Shown: in pieces, positions 27,901-38,500 of the stretch
Layout: every line of letters starts with the position of its first letter
Numbering within the stretch: position 1 is the stretch's first letter
Source: Phoronis australis
Taxonomy: Eukaryota > Animalia > Phoronida
Assembly: GCA_002633005.1 (NCBI GenBank)
Contig: NMRA01000356.1
Coordinates: 65,693-129,692, forward strand
DNA length: 64,000 nt
Reading direction: 5' to 3'
Notes under the pieces: generated by a model
Told to the model about the DNA's origin: nothing
The model's database searches: none
The model's input: only the letters and a program-made list of their open reading frames with translations
Translations under genes and position numbers: made by a program

Positions 27901-28406
27901 TCTTCCAGTTTCTTGTTAATCATCTCATACTGTCCCACACAGAGAGCAATATGTGAATATCATATTGCTGTCTAACAGCTGATTTGACATTCTGGCAATG
28001 TATCACATGAGACAGGGCAATGATTAGTCATTATCAGAAATTTAATAAAACTACAAGGTAGGGACAGAGGAGATATTTTTTTATGATAAAACCAACACAT
28101 TACACAGAAAACCATACTCTGAGACCAAGGACTAGGTTAAATGACTAGTATATTGCTGTTAGTGCTGTTAGGGTGATGTAACTCTCAACAAGACTGTGTA
28201 GTGTGAGAGTAAACAGCTGACATCAAACAATAGTTAAATTTAGCAGCCACAGGCCAACGTATTTTTTCGAAGGGTTTATTCTCTGTAACTTGAACATAGT
28301 GCCTGACTTAATGAAACGTTGACCCCCATGTCCCAAAAGCCTGTTCACACAAACAAACAAATTGATCTGGAATGAAACAGGGTTACTAACCTTCGTCTGG
28401 CTTCAT
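825..28406 (-). CDS. PKN2: Serine/threonine-protein kinase N (PKN2/PRK2-like), N-terminal part (HR1a-c + C2-like domain); gene continues left of the window
   Basis: GT-AG exons join in frame: 11886-12033, 10750-10917, 8911-9011, 4785-4974 (or copy 5435-5624), 3765-3913, 3122-3348, 2459-2625, 1546-1655, 825-968. Motifs [65 protein letters not shown] and [27 protein letters not shown] are PKN hallmarks. The 5' end (22472-22494, 28391-28406) is inferred. Confidence 0.93.
1017..1225. repeat. 29-bp minisatellite
   Basis: cagacagtagcactacagtagtcagcct. Confidence 0.95.
1546..1655 (-). CDS. PKN2: PKN exon, C2-like domain
   Basis: ttgcag|..[36 protein letters not shown]|gtgagt. Confidence 0.92.
2012..2210. 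repeat. 44-bp minisatellite
   Basis: cttcccctgtacacacacttgaacactgcactcaatctgcatta. Confidence 0.9.
2459..2625 (-). CDS. PKN2: PKN exon, start of C2-like domain
   Basis: cacag|[19 protein letters not shown]...IKGEDLT|gtgagt; phases match both neighbours. Confidence 0.92.
3122..3348 (-). CDS. PKN2: PKN exon, end of HR1c and linker
   Basis: aaag|[19 protein letters not shown]...[12 protein letters not shown]|gtgaat. Confidence 0.92.
3765..3913 (-). CDS. PKN2: PKN exon, HR1c
   Basis: ttacag|..[49 protein letters not shown]|gtac. Confidence 0.93.
3961..4148. repeat. 50-bp minisatellite
   Basis: aatactcagcatagtaggacatgtcattctgttgttactag. Confidence 0.9.
4785..4974 (-). CDS. PKN2: PKN exon, HR1b (copy 1)
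   Basis: atcag|[48 protein letters not shown]...|gtaggt. Confidence 0.9.
4963..5098. repeat. 37-bp VNTR copying a PKN 3' splice site
   Basis: accttgttttacctgttaggaaacaaagagacaaact; 4 acceptor-bearing units here versus 3 at 5613-5711. Confidence 0.9.
5435..5624 (-). CDS. PKN2: PKN HR1b exon, identical second copy (probable haplotype duplicate)
   Basis: Same sequence as 4785-4974, in the block that starts right after the single N at 5352. Confidence 0.7.
6058..8808. mobile_element. Non-autonomous TIR DNA transposon (hAT-like), 5-bp TSD
   Basis: Ends CAGGGCTCGAC...GTCGAGCCCTG, flanked by atgta/atgta; subterminal (c)aggtcgcattt repeats at both ends; no long ORF; CpG-rich relative to the host intron. 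Confidence 0.85.
8911..9011 (-). CDS. PKN2: PKN exon, start of HR1b
   Basis: ttgcag|[34 protein letters not shown]|gtaaga. Confidence 0.92.
10130..10246. repeat. 23-bp minisatellite x5
   Basis: gcccacaagatcctgaatgtgag. Confidence 0.95.
10335..10792. repeat. ~80-100-bp tandem repeat copying a PKN exon end and donor site
   Basis: cagtgcctacatacctctacgtgagtctggcttgtcattcttgctggctatta, decaying away from the exon. Confidence 0.9.
10750..10917 (-). CDS. PKN2: PKN exon, HR1a second half
   Basis: actag|[44 protein letters not shown]...DSRR|gtatgt. Confidence 0.93.
11886..12033 (-). CDS. PKN2: PKN exon, HR1a first half
   Basis: ttacag|[17 protein letters not shown]...[21 protein letters not shown]|gtttgt. 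Confidence 0.93.
12242..12420. mobile_element. ~180-bp MITE
   Basis: TIR aattgacctatc...gataggtccatt; an inverted copy of the same family lies at 23173-23353. Confidence 0.8.
12612..12803. repeat. 23-bp minisatellite
   Basis: aacaccaaaggatagtacacctg. Confidence 0.95.
12808..18820. mobile_element. Large non-autonomous Tc1/mariner-pogo-like element with TA TSD (apparent size inflated by a haplotype duplication)
   Basis: ta|CAATAAAGTCGCGCGATTTTCGGAC at left and GTCCGAAAATCACGCAACTTTACCG|ta at right form an imperfect TIR; subterminal aaattcggac repeats; no transposase ORF. Confidence 0.7.
13689..17030. other. N-joined tandem duplication (13689-15390 / 15392-17030), probable uncollapsed haplotypes
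   Basis: The second block starts at the base after N15391; scattered SNPs and indels; a small nested case occurs at N14869. Confidence 0.8.
18823..18992 (+). mobile_element. SINE copy (5'-truncated)
   Basis: gggccacactgct...ctcctcagctcggttttaac...ccagaccgtctgcaattatttttt; homologous to 32432-32610 and 44920-45135. Confidence 0.7.
22472..22494 (-). CDS. Candidate 23-nt PKN micro-exon (DMRLRSEK)
   Basis: cttcaattttag|ACATGAGACTAAGGTCTGAAAAG|gtaaag; phase 1 to 0 bridges 28391-28406 to 11886-12033 in frame; no homology support. Confidence 0.45.
23173..23353. mobile_element. ~180-bp MITE (same family as 12242-12420, opposite orientation)
   Basis: TIR aattgacctatcgc...gcgataggtcaatt; the interior is the reverse complement of 12242-12420. 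Confidence 0.8.
25345..25470 (-). mobile_element. SINE fragment, reverse orientation
   Basis: aaaaataattgcaggtggtctgatac...gtgggcccattgcactgatcac is the reverse complement of the SINE 3' part. Confidence 0.55.
26496..26588. repeat. 29-bp tandem repeat x3
   Basis: gcagtagatattactggacacaggcacag. Confidence 0.9.
28391..28406 (-). CDS. Candidate first coding exon of PKN (MKPDE)
   Basis: aataATG AAG CCA GAC GAA G|gttagt, just downstream of a promoter-like region containing GTCACGTGAC. Confidence 0.45.
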
Positions 28407-29526
28407 TATTTCTTAACTAAATTCGTCGTCACACTTGGTCAGCAATCACCATGCTGCTTCAGATAAACATAAATTTCCAAACTGGAAGAAAGAATTGCGA
28501 TCTATGTCACCTTCTTATGCTTTGTTTCAAATTTTTTTCGTACCCAAGAACACAACTTCACTTCTTTCATTCGCTCAGCTGCTATTGAGGTCACGTGACA
28601 GAAAAATGACCGGAGACCATGTCTGGTGTGCGTGAACTTGAAATGATGCTTAGTCTAAAGTTCACGTTTGCGTGAGCTTGGAATACCCGTGGGAACTTGA
28701 AAAGCTCACCCAAATAATGACGTTCACGTTTATAAAAATTAACTTGCGGTACACTAAATCAAATTATGTGTTCTTATATAAAATCTAAATTTGAACTAAC
28801 CTTTTCAACAATTTGTAATTTTACACACCAAGCAATAATTGATTTAAGCATTCAGTGCTTCACACATTCCTCCGATTTTGTGACACAAGTTACGGTAGGC
28901 CTAAATGAGAAAATTAGTGACAAGTGACGCCAATAATTACTCATTTTCTTCACACTTACCAAGAAATTTCATCCGATTGTCTTAATTAACGCTCAATTCC
29001 AATTTAACGCATACGCCACCTTGAGATTACCCAAGATTTCAAGTTCACGCACAGCATATCGTCTTTGAGATGACCGAGATTGGCGTCGAAACGGATTATA
29101 CTCATATATGCGTCATAAACATTTTGACCTTTTCAATATCCTTTAATTGAGATTTTCACCTGAAAACTTTGTAAGTTGATCTAAGTACACTAGAATAAGA
29201 TATACTCGAAAGAGTTTTTCATTCCTACAGGAAGCGGAATTGAATTACTCTATGATAAAAATCATAAAATTATATTATTCCAATATAAGTGACTATGGTC
29301 TCTTACCTGCTGAAAATAAAGTAGCTGGACACAAATTTACCCTATTCTTCAAAATCAATCCCCCAGACTGTCTGCTGTATGCGAGATTTAGCAGAATAAA
29401 CAGTGAAAGAACATTCATTATTATTGAAAAGTTAATACCATTATGAACCTCACCGTTTGTGCTGTCAGCATTCAACACAAGGAACCGGTGTTGTAGTGTC
29501 CGAGTATATTCCATATTGTCTTCAAG
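28407..29526. promoter_or_regulatory. Probable bidirectional promoter/5' UTR region between PKN (-) and SEC11 (+)
   Basis: Divergent start codons ~1.1 kb apart, raised CpG content, palindromic E-box GTCACGTGAC at 28590-28599. Confidence 0.55.
28610..29068. mobile_element. MITE-like inverted-repeat element in the PKN/SEC11 promoter region
   Basis: gtgcgtgaacttgaaat (~28628) is mirrored by atttcaagttcacgcac (~29036); outer ends are degenerate, so the boundaries are approximate. Confidence 0.55.
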
Positions 29527-29586
29527 ATGGGCATGTTAGACAACTTAGAATTTTTGGACGAAGTTCGTCGCATGAACAAACGACAG
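29527..29586 (+). CDS. SEC11: SEC11 exon 1
   Basis: aagATG: [20 protein letters not shown]|gttgct. Confidence 0.92.
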
Positions 29587-32500
29587 GTTGCTTATTTTCT
29601 AGTTGTTCCTTTTATGTTTTGAATGAATTTCTGTGCAATTAGCTGATTAACCAGTGGATCAGAAAACTCGGAACGTGAGTAGGCAACACGTCGTCGTAGC
29701 CTCTCGGCATCGGTTGGCCGGTTAGCGGCTACAATACTTCCCATCGCTTTCTGAACGAATTTCGTCCCGTTTAGTTTAAATGGGAGGTAGGCCAAATCCG
29801 TCCATCGATTAGGAGTTTTCACCTCATCAAAAATCCATTCCATACTTAAAACTATCGCTTAAAAAAGCGCTTACTTTCTTCACTGCTTCAGTCACTGCCA
29901 CTGGCACTGACAGTGGTCCTTTCTACTTCTACACATATCTTGCAAGAAGCTTAGTTACGAGAATTAAGGTGACTTTGGCGAAGAATTCCAACTCCACTTT
30001 TTGGTCACAGTTAACTTTTTCACCACGCGCGCGATAACCACACAGGTATATTTCATCTGAGTCATGTGAGTTAGGCAAAGCCAAAGGCTAGCGCGAGATA
30101 GGCAATGACCATCGCCTCTGTTGGCCCGAAGCAGAGGCGATGCAGACGCTATAGGCGCTCTGTACGCCGGAAGCTTTTCGGCGAATTATGCCTCGCACCG
30201 ACTAAACCATCAAAGTCACGTTGTTATAAATACCTTTTGCGCATAGAGGAACACCTTAGGAGGTTGTCGATGTGTTTAAGTCCTTCCAACTCGAACAAAT
30301 ACTCCCGTTATGAAACTTTTTCTTCGAGCAGTCCCTATTTCAGTTCCCAAAATCGTGAAATCAAAATTTTCATTTTTTTTAACCAGGCCGAAGGTCAGAA
30401 GTTGCGATCCTACCGGCGAACTTTGAAAGCTGAAGTTCCCGCCCTTTGCGTACGTGCTGCCGGGAACCAGCCGTGCATTTGCCGTGTTGTTAAACATTAA
30501 AATGTCAAATATGTGCACAAAGACTATTAAATGTCATATCAACAACATTTATTTTTATCAAATACAAACAATAATTCATTGAAATACAAACAGTTTCAAG
30601 TAACGCCAATTAAAGACAAGTATAAGTGGTGGCATTTTGGAAACAAACATTTGACTGACAAGACCGCAATGGCTCACCTTTGGCCTATTTTAAAATTGAG
30701 GTGATGAAGTCACATCACCTAGCGAGCGCAGTAAAAATTGGAGCGTGTGCAGTACAAAAATTTTGATTTCACGATTTTTGGAACTGAAATAGGGACTGCT
30801 CGAAGAAAAAGTTTCATAACGGGAGTATTTGTTCGAGTTGGAAGGACTTAATCACATCGACAACCTCCTAAGGTGTTCCTCTATGTGCAAAAGGTATTTA
30901 TAACAACGTGACTTTGATGGTTTAGTCGGTGCGAGGCATAATTCGCCGAAAAGCTTCCGGCGTACAGAGCGCCTATAGCCTCTGCATCGCCTCTGGTTCG
31001 GGCCAACAGAGGCGATGGTCATTGCCTAAGCGCGAGACTGAGCGAAGCGCGTGACGCTGGCGCGTGACTCTTGCAAAATAGCATGGAAGGTATCAGGTGA
31101 AATTTGTAAGGTTTGTGTCTCTTGGACTTTTTATTCGTCAACATGTGTGATTTCACATAAATTCCTCAAAATGTCACCCGGTAAGAGAAACTCGAGCAAA
31201 CCGCGACAGATTTTCATCGATTTGTTCAAAGTTTCTTGACTGAATTGTTTCCAGACTTATGGTATGTGCATATATGCATGTTTCATTTGATTTTATTTCC
31301 TGTATTTTGAAATTCGTAACTTTTTGTGGGGATGTACTATCGCCCCTGTATGCCTGCGGCATCCAGGGCAATGTAATTGCTTAGGGACAACGCCACTCGC
31401 CAGTTGGCAGTTGCAGCCATACATAGTCATAGGCATAGACAGTGACCACCGTCTCTAGCTGGCTCAGTAGAGACTGTGTAGCTCCTGTATGAGTTTCATA
31501 CGCTAGAAGCTTTTCAGCAAATTATGCCTCAAACTGATTAAAAATCAGTCACCTTGTTATAAATACCTTTTGTATGTAGAGGGACACCTCAGCCTTAGGA
31601 GGCCGTCAATACCTTTAATTCCTTCCAACTTGACAAATACTCCCGTTGTCAAACTTTTTCTTTGAGTAGTCCCTCCTTCAGTTCCCGAAATCGGAAACTG
31701 GCTATTTTTAACACTGCGCGTGGCAGGTGGTATGACATCATATCCCCTGGCGTATGAAGTGTAAAAATGGCCAGTTACCGATTTTGGGAACTAAACAATG
31801 GACTGGTTGAAGAAAAAGATTGACAACTGGAGTATTTGTTCAAGTTGAAGGAATTAAAGGCATCGACGGCCTCCTTTATAACAATGTTTTAGTCAGTGTG
31901 AGGCATCATTCACTGAAAAGCTTCCACCTGATGAAGCTCCTATAGGAGGTGCACCTTCTCTACTGAGTCAGCTAGAGAAGGTGGTCACTGTTTACAATAG
32001 GCATAGATGTAGCAGCCAGCTAGCTGAATGCAGACTAGTCTCAATAGGCATAGATGTAGCAGCCAGCTAGCTGAGTGCAGACTAGTCTCAAAATACTGCT
32101 AGGAAACAATGCATATAAAACTTATATAAACCTCACACCTTCTGGGTAGTTCTGTTCACCACCTCGGTATGAAAGTGTTGAAAAATACACCAGGTATCAT
32201 GTGTGGGCTTTTAACACCATGAAATAGAGCATCACCTGTGGCCAATTGTCTGGTTCCTTTTTTCCGCAGATTCTTCAATCAACTTCTTCCACCAGGTGGC
32301 ATACAAATCACAACAAATTTATGGAATTGGTTTCATTTCATTAAAAGTTTTTAGTATTTCAATGGGAAACAAAAAATTTCTGATCAACATTTTTTGTGGG
32401 TCAAAATCGTCATCATCTTCCAAAAGATATTACGTCCCACTGGGCCACACTGCTATGTCCTTGAGTCAGATTTCTAGCTCCTCAGCTCGGTTTTAACTCT

Positions 32501-35500
32501 ATATTAGTAAAGCACAAAAATTGTTCCAGGTGATTAGTGCAATGGGCCCACATGCGCGGCCTACGCACGTGTGGTACAACATGTATCAGACCGCGTTCAG
32601 TTATTTTTTTTAACAGATATCACAAAAATTAAGCAAATGGCATGTGCAGGTGTCACTGTTTTCAAGTCGTTGACAGACTTTACTTTGTTGTGAAAAAGCC
32701 TAAGAATGAAGCAGAAAATGACGTTTATTAGATTGTTTTTTACTTAGATTTCTGTAACGGGGAAGTTTTCAGCTGACTCCCAGATTTTGCATACACCCCA
32801 TGCGACTGTTATCTCTACATGCTGACATAAGTGTCATGACAAGGTGACGAGCAGAATTGTCCTGGTGGTGTGAAAGCTTGAAATCTGTGTGAAGTTAATG
32901 CACTATGATTCCTATATATTTTGATGTTAGTTGTCATACAACTAGTATCTGCGGCATGTGACCCACGTCTTCACACTGATTGGCCAACAGACGATATGGA
33001 GAGACATGGTATGGTCGCAACATGCACATATGCCATTTGCTGAATTTCCCGTCAGTTTGTTGGGAACTGTACACAGTCTTGTGAAGGAACAGTTGATTGA
33101 AAAATAAATGAAAGAAGAAATTGGCCAACTGGTAACGTTCTATTCCAATGGCACTCAAAGCAGACACATATTATTGCTCCACAAATTTAGCAACAAAATA
33201 AACGTATAACGGTAATTTTTAAGCACCCGTATCCTATTCACTTAACTCAAGGAAGAATGAATTTTCTTAATTTCATTAATTTTTGTCAGATTTTATTCTG
33301 TTATATTTTGCTCACATTGTTCCAAAGCTCTGTATTTGTGCAGTTTTGTATTTTGACAACTGTCAGTAAAGTTCTCTTTTTTGAAGCTTTGTCCCACATC
33401 CTGTCACAGAATTAGAATGTCCGGCTTTTTGGATCATGCAGCAAAGTTTATTTATTACCATCAGTGGCGGATCTACGGGGGGTTCAGGGGGTTTAAACCC
33501 CCCCTCGGGCCAGGGCCCAAAAATTTTAAAAAAAAGCGTCTCCAGCAAAACAAAAACGGCACCGCCAGCGTGTGTAAACCCGAAGTAAACCAACGTGGAA
33601 AAAATTGAGGGGGGTGTTCACTCTGAAAATATAGTTTTTTGCATTGTGAATTGCTGAGTCTTTGTGGCTCATCGGCAAAACGCGCGGGGATTTATTGTGC
33701 GCGCGCTTCCGTCGACACTTTTGAAGTAGCCAAGCATTTTAGATGGATCCATCGCTGAAAGAGCAGTTCTATAGCTGATTTCTTTAGGTAACTAGCTTCT
33801 TTACTCTAAGATATATTTTGATTTGATTAGGGGAAATACTGCGGTGCCGCAACCCTGATATTCAGGCGAATTGACGTGCAACGTTTTTACCTCATCTGTC
33901 ATGTCGTGTCATTCTATTACACTCAACACGTTTGTAACTGGTGTATAATAAATTTGTCTTGCGCAATATCATACAGTGTACATGTACATGTAATATTGTG
34001 TACGTGTACATGTAATATTTTTGAAAAAAATTCTTTTTCCGTAGAATTGCTATTGTGGCGGGCGCCGTGGTCTGGTCGCTATTCCGTTTGAAGACACACT
34101 CTATAACAAATTATGTCTATACAAGGAATGACCAAGGGGGCACTCACATTGAGAAAGTGACCGCATTCGCGAAAAGTGTACAGTACCAGAAATTGCGGGG
34201 AGGCTGTTNNNNNNNNNNNNNNNNNNNNNNNNNNNNNNNNNNNNNNNNNNNNNNNNNNNNNNNNNNNNNNNNNNCTTTTTGTGTACTCTCAGTGTACATC
34301 TGGTCCCTCTGCAAACTAGTCCAGTGTATCTTTTCACCACTGTGCACAGGATGTTTTGGTTTCATGAAACTGTTTTCAGATGATTTGTTTCCTGATAGAT
34401 TTGACGTTTTTCAATTGTTGTCAATGTGATTCAGCTTAATAAAGTGATACCTAATTATTTATTGTCGCTTTTAATAATAGACTATGAGTTGAGAGCACCA
34501 TCGTTCGCCAGTTTTTTTCTCGTAACGAGACAGAACACATGTTTATTTCCGGACTAACAGTACAGGTCTTCGTCCTTAAACAACTTGGGGCTGTTGTTAC
34601 GCGGTCATCAGATATTCAAGTTTTTACGCCCCGTCGGTGCTCCTTAATTATGCTCTTGAATATTTGGAAATTGTCTAAGCCCCTGTATACACACCACACT
34701 TTTTCGTATACGACTTTTCGTATGCTAAAAAAGGTTTGTGTAAGCAGATGTTCCAACAAGAATTTTTGCTGGTGGCGTGACTCATACCCAGATGTGCACA
34801 ATATGGTTTCACGAAACTTATGTGCCAAGTTCATGTGACGAAATCGAGAACGGTTTTTAATTATCTTAAGAAAAACTCCAGAGACATGTTAAGTGACAGA
34901 AACTTACCAGGATGCATGGAAATTTCATTATTTGGCTACAAAAACAAAAAAAATATCTTACACGGGAGGGGAAACCCCCCTCCCGACCTCCCCCCGCTCG
35001 GCGCTACTCGCCTAGAATTCGACCTTGGCGGGAATCCTAAACCCCTCTTGCTGAAAACGTAGATCTGCCACTGACCATATATTTTGGGACTTTCCCACAA
35101 GGTGTTGTGGTGGTCATCTGCCCTTTGCCATTCAGCCTAGATTAAAATGTCCACTTTTTTCATTTTTGAATGTTGACAGTTATGTATTCGGGCTCTCAAA
35201 ATCAGCTACTGCTTTATTCTACTGGTGCCATGTCAGGTTCAGTGGTTGGTATCTTAGCCTTCACCATTTTTGAGTGTTGACAACACAAATGCAGTTGCTT
35301 ACTTTTTAAGTTCCAAAAAATCAAAAGACATGTTAAACTGTTCTACAGCAACACAAAGACAATAATAATCAAGTGTCCCCACTTGGTTCCCATTGTCTAT
35401 GTACAGTTCTGTGATCACCAAGGTGCCTTATTCAGAAATTTTGTTGAATTAAAACAAGTTGTTTTTACATTTCAGATTCACTTGATGAATACTTTATAAC

Positions 35501-38500
35501 ACTTGAGTTTCTGATTTTGTGCACTACTTTCATTCTCAAACTTTGTAGCACTGTGTTCATTCAGTGTTGATATTTTTATAATTTTGTGTTTGTAAACAAG
35601 CCATTTAATTGCCAATTGATTCAAGAAAATCTTGTTTTTCAGCTTTACTACCAAGTTCTGAACTTTGCCATGATAGTCTCCTCAGCTCTAATGATCTGGA
35701 AAGGTTTAATGGTAGTGACGGGTAGTGAAAGTCCTATCGTGGTAGTACTCAGGTATATAAGAGAATTGTATTTTAACTTGTTTTATGTAAAAAGACGAAA
35801 ACCCGGTGAAGTAATGTAGGTGTATATAATTATGAGTAGGTTATTGTTCAGTAACTGAGATGCTTTTCACAGCATTCAGTCACTTGGTCGTGTAAGTTTG
35901 CTATTGTTGGCATGTATCCCATTTCACTAGGTACAGTAGCTGTCACAAGTAATCTAGCACAATGGAGATCTGCGAATTATCTGTTAAGTTTGTTGACCAG
36001 TTTTGTTTGAAACAAACCTGTAGTCTGTTTGACAGCCTATTGAAGTCTTTTGACTTGAGCCAAATGTCAGAAATGTGACCATTAATGACCAAACGCTGGT
36101 CTTTGCCTTTTGTGTTTCTCAGAACGTTTTGTCTTCTGTCTAGTCGAGCAGACTACGTATTTCTGTCATTTAACTTTGAGTTGTAGACAGATTTTTTTAC
36201 TTTCAGCTTTAACCTATTTTTGTGAAACTGGTTAAGCCATCCACACACTACTGAAAGTAAATTAAAAACAAAAGCCATTAAACTGTTTGAGCAACAGGTC
36301 TCTGATCTAACGTGACATTTGGCTGGGTAATAAGACTCTAAAAATTCAAATATTTATACTCCTATTTTTTCAAAATGTTAAAAGAAATATGCATTGTATA
36401 TGCTGGCAGGTAATTTTCATTTAGACAAGTGTTACGAAACATTACACTAGCTTCTTCAACTTCCTGATTTCTCAGACTCGTCTCATACACACACCTTATA
36501 CTAGAGTGTGCGTCTTTTTAACTGTATGAGAAAACTCCGAGAAAGCATGAATGTGCAGAAGGTAGTGTAGTGTTTAATACCATTTGCTTAGAAGAGTATT
36601 CTGGAGAGTATGTCAGTGATCATAACTTTGAACAATTTGCTGACAACAACTTTGAAAGGTTTGGGGATTTGATGAAAAAAATGAGATGAAGCTGTCCATA
36701 TTTTCTGGCCGTTCACTGTTCATACATGTTTATGTTTGGATTGGTCTCTAGAGTTGGCGAGTACACGAGTTATTTAGTTTGGGCCAACTCAAGTGACAAC
36801 GAAGGCAGGAAGTGAATAATTCATGTGGCCCAACAGTTAGTTAGATCTACTGTTGTGACCCACATTAACTTTGGCCAGTTTTCATGAGGTTAGTCACTTG
36901 TGCTGGCTAAATTTTTTATCACTAACATTGCCATACCTGTTGCTTGGACAGCAACGTATCACTAACACTGCTACCTGTTGCCTGGACAGCAACATCTCAC
37001 TAACACTGCCACCTGTTGCCTGGACAGCAACATATCACTAACACTGCCACCTGTTGCCAGGACAGCAACATATCACTAACACTGCCACCTGTTGCCTGGA
37101 CACCAACATGTCACTAACTGGCTAATGTTAGCACGCTCGTCAACTGATGAAAATGATAAACAATAAAGGACAATATATCGACTGCTGTCTCACGCGGTTA
37201 TCAACTTTCATAATTTTGTTTGAGAAAAACGACTTGAGGGTAAAAGAAATTTGGATGCAAGTGGTTTATAAAAGAATCACAACAGTCTGGCAGTCGAAAC
37301 AGCCAGCAAAGTCCACACACACACTTAGCCTAGGCAGCTGTCACTGTTTATTCAACACACTATTACATGTAGGCAGCGTTTCTCTGATTTCGCTTCTAAA
37401 GGTCTCGGATAATACTCAGATGTGGGCAATCCTGTTACACTCTCAGCGAAAGTATGGGAAGCAAAACAGGTCTGGGTATTGGTTTTTTAGTTAACTAATT
37501 ATTTTTTCTTCTTGATACCCTTAGTTTGACAAATTACTTAGACAAAATGCTGTTTTCTAGGTAATAACCAGTCATCCTATCCACTCTGAAGATGAATTAT
37601 GCTTGCACGACAGGGAATTGTGGGGCACTTTGTCTGATTATGTTTAGGGAATACCATACTTTATAGTCTTATCCAAGTGTTGCTCAATACTTTCATATAC
37701 ACTTACTGATGCTCTTATGTGTCCAAGAGCTCCCTTCATTCCCTGTGACTATGTTGAGCTCATGACTACTATTGTAATATTGGTAATATTGCTTCTGTTG
37801 GCCTACAGCGGCAGCATGGAACCAGCATTTCACCGAGGAGACTTATTATTCTTGACAAACCACGTGGACGAACCAATCAGAGTGGGCGAGATTGTTGTCT
37901 TTAAAATTGAAGGACGCGACATACCTATCGTACACAGAGTGTTGAAAGTTCATGAAAAGTGAGTTACATGGATAGAATTAAAAATGATTTGTCCAGGACA
38001 GTACATGGACAAAATAAATTCTTTTTATGCGCCCCCATATTTATATGTTTACGCATTATGCCATCATCTCCGTCCATCCGGGCGGCGTCCGTCCGGCGTC
38101 GGCTGCTCTATCTCCAAAACCCTTTGACATACATTCATGAAATTTGGCACATATGTTCTATTCATGAATGGGACGGCATGAGCGAACTTTCGGACGGATG
38201 CGACTACCGGTGTGAATCCTAGTGGCAATTTTAGTTTTTTACACTTGCATTTGTATCTTCAAAAGTCCTGAACGGATTTTCATGAAATTTAATATGTAGG
38301 GACCTATTAGTAAGGTGACGCTATTCAGTTTTCGGATGGATTCGACGTAGTTTGCGCCACCTAGTGGCCATTTTTACTGTTTTCGACTCTGTTTTTTTTT
38401 GTGTCCACCCCTCTATCAACCAAACCGCTCAAAGGATGATTGTGAAAATTGGCAGGTATGTGCTTACTCTAAAGAGGATGGTTGACGATGATTTTCCGAC

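Noticed and set aside
29592-29843. 83-aa antisense ORF in SEC11 intron 1
   Set aside because: No recognisable motif, and the length is within chance expectation.
30105-30518. ORFs of 131 and 80 aa in the foldback element as a transposase
   Set aside because: They mostly span TIR sequence and show no DDE or zinc-finger motifs.
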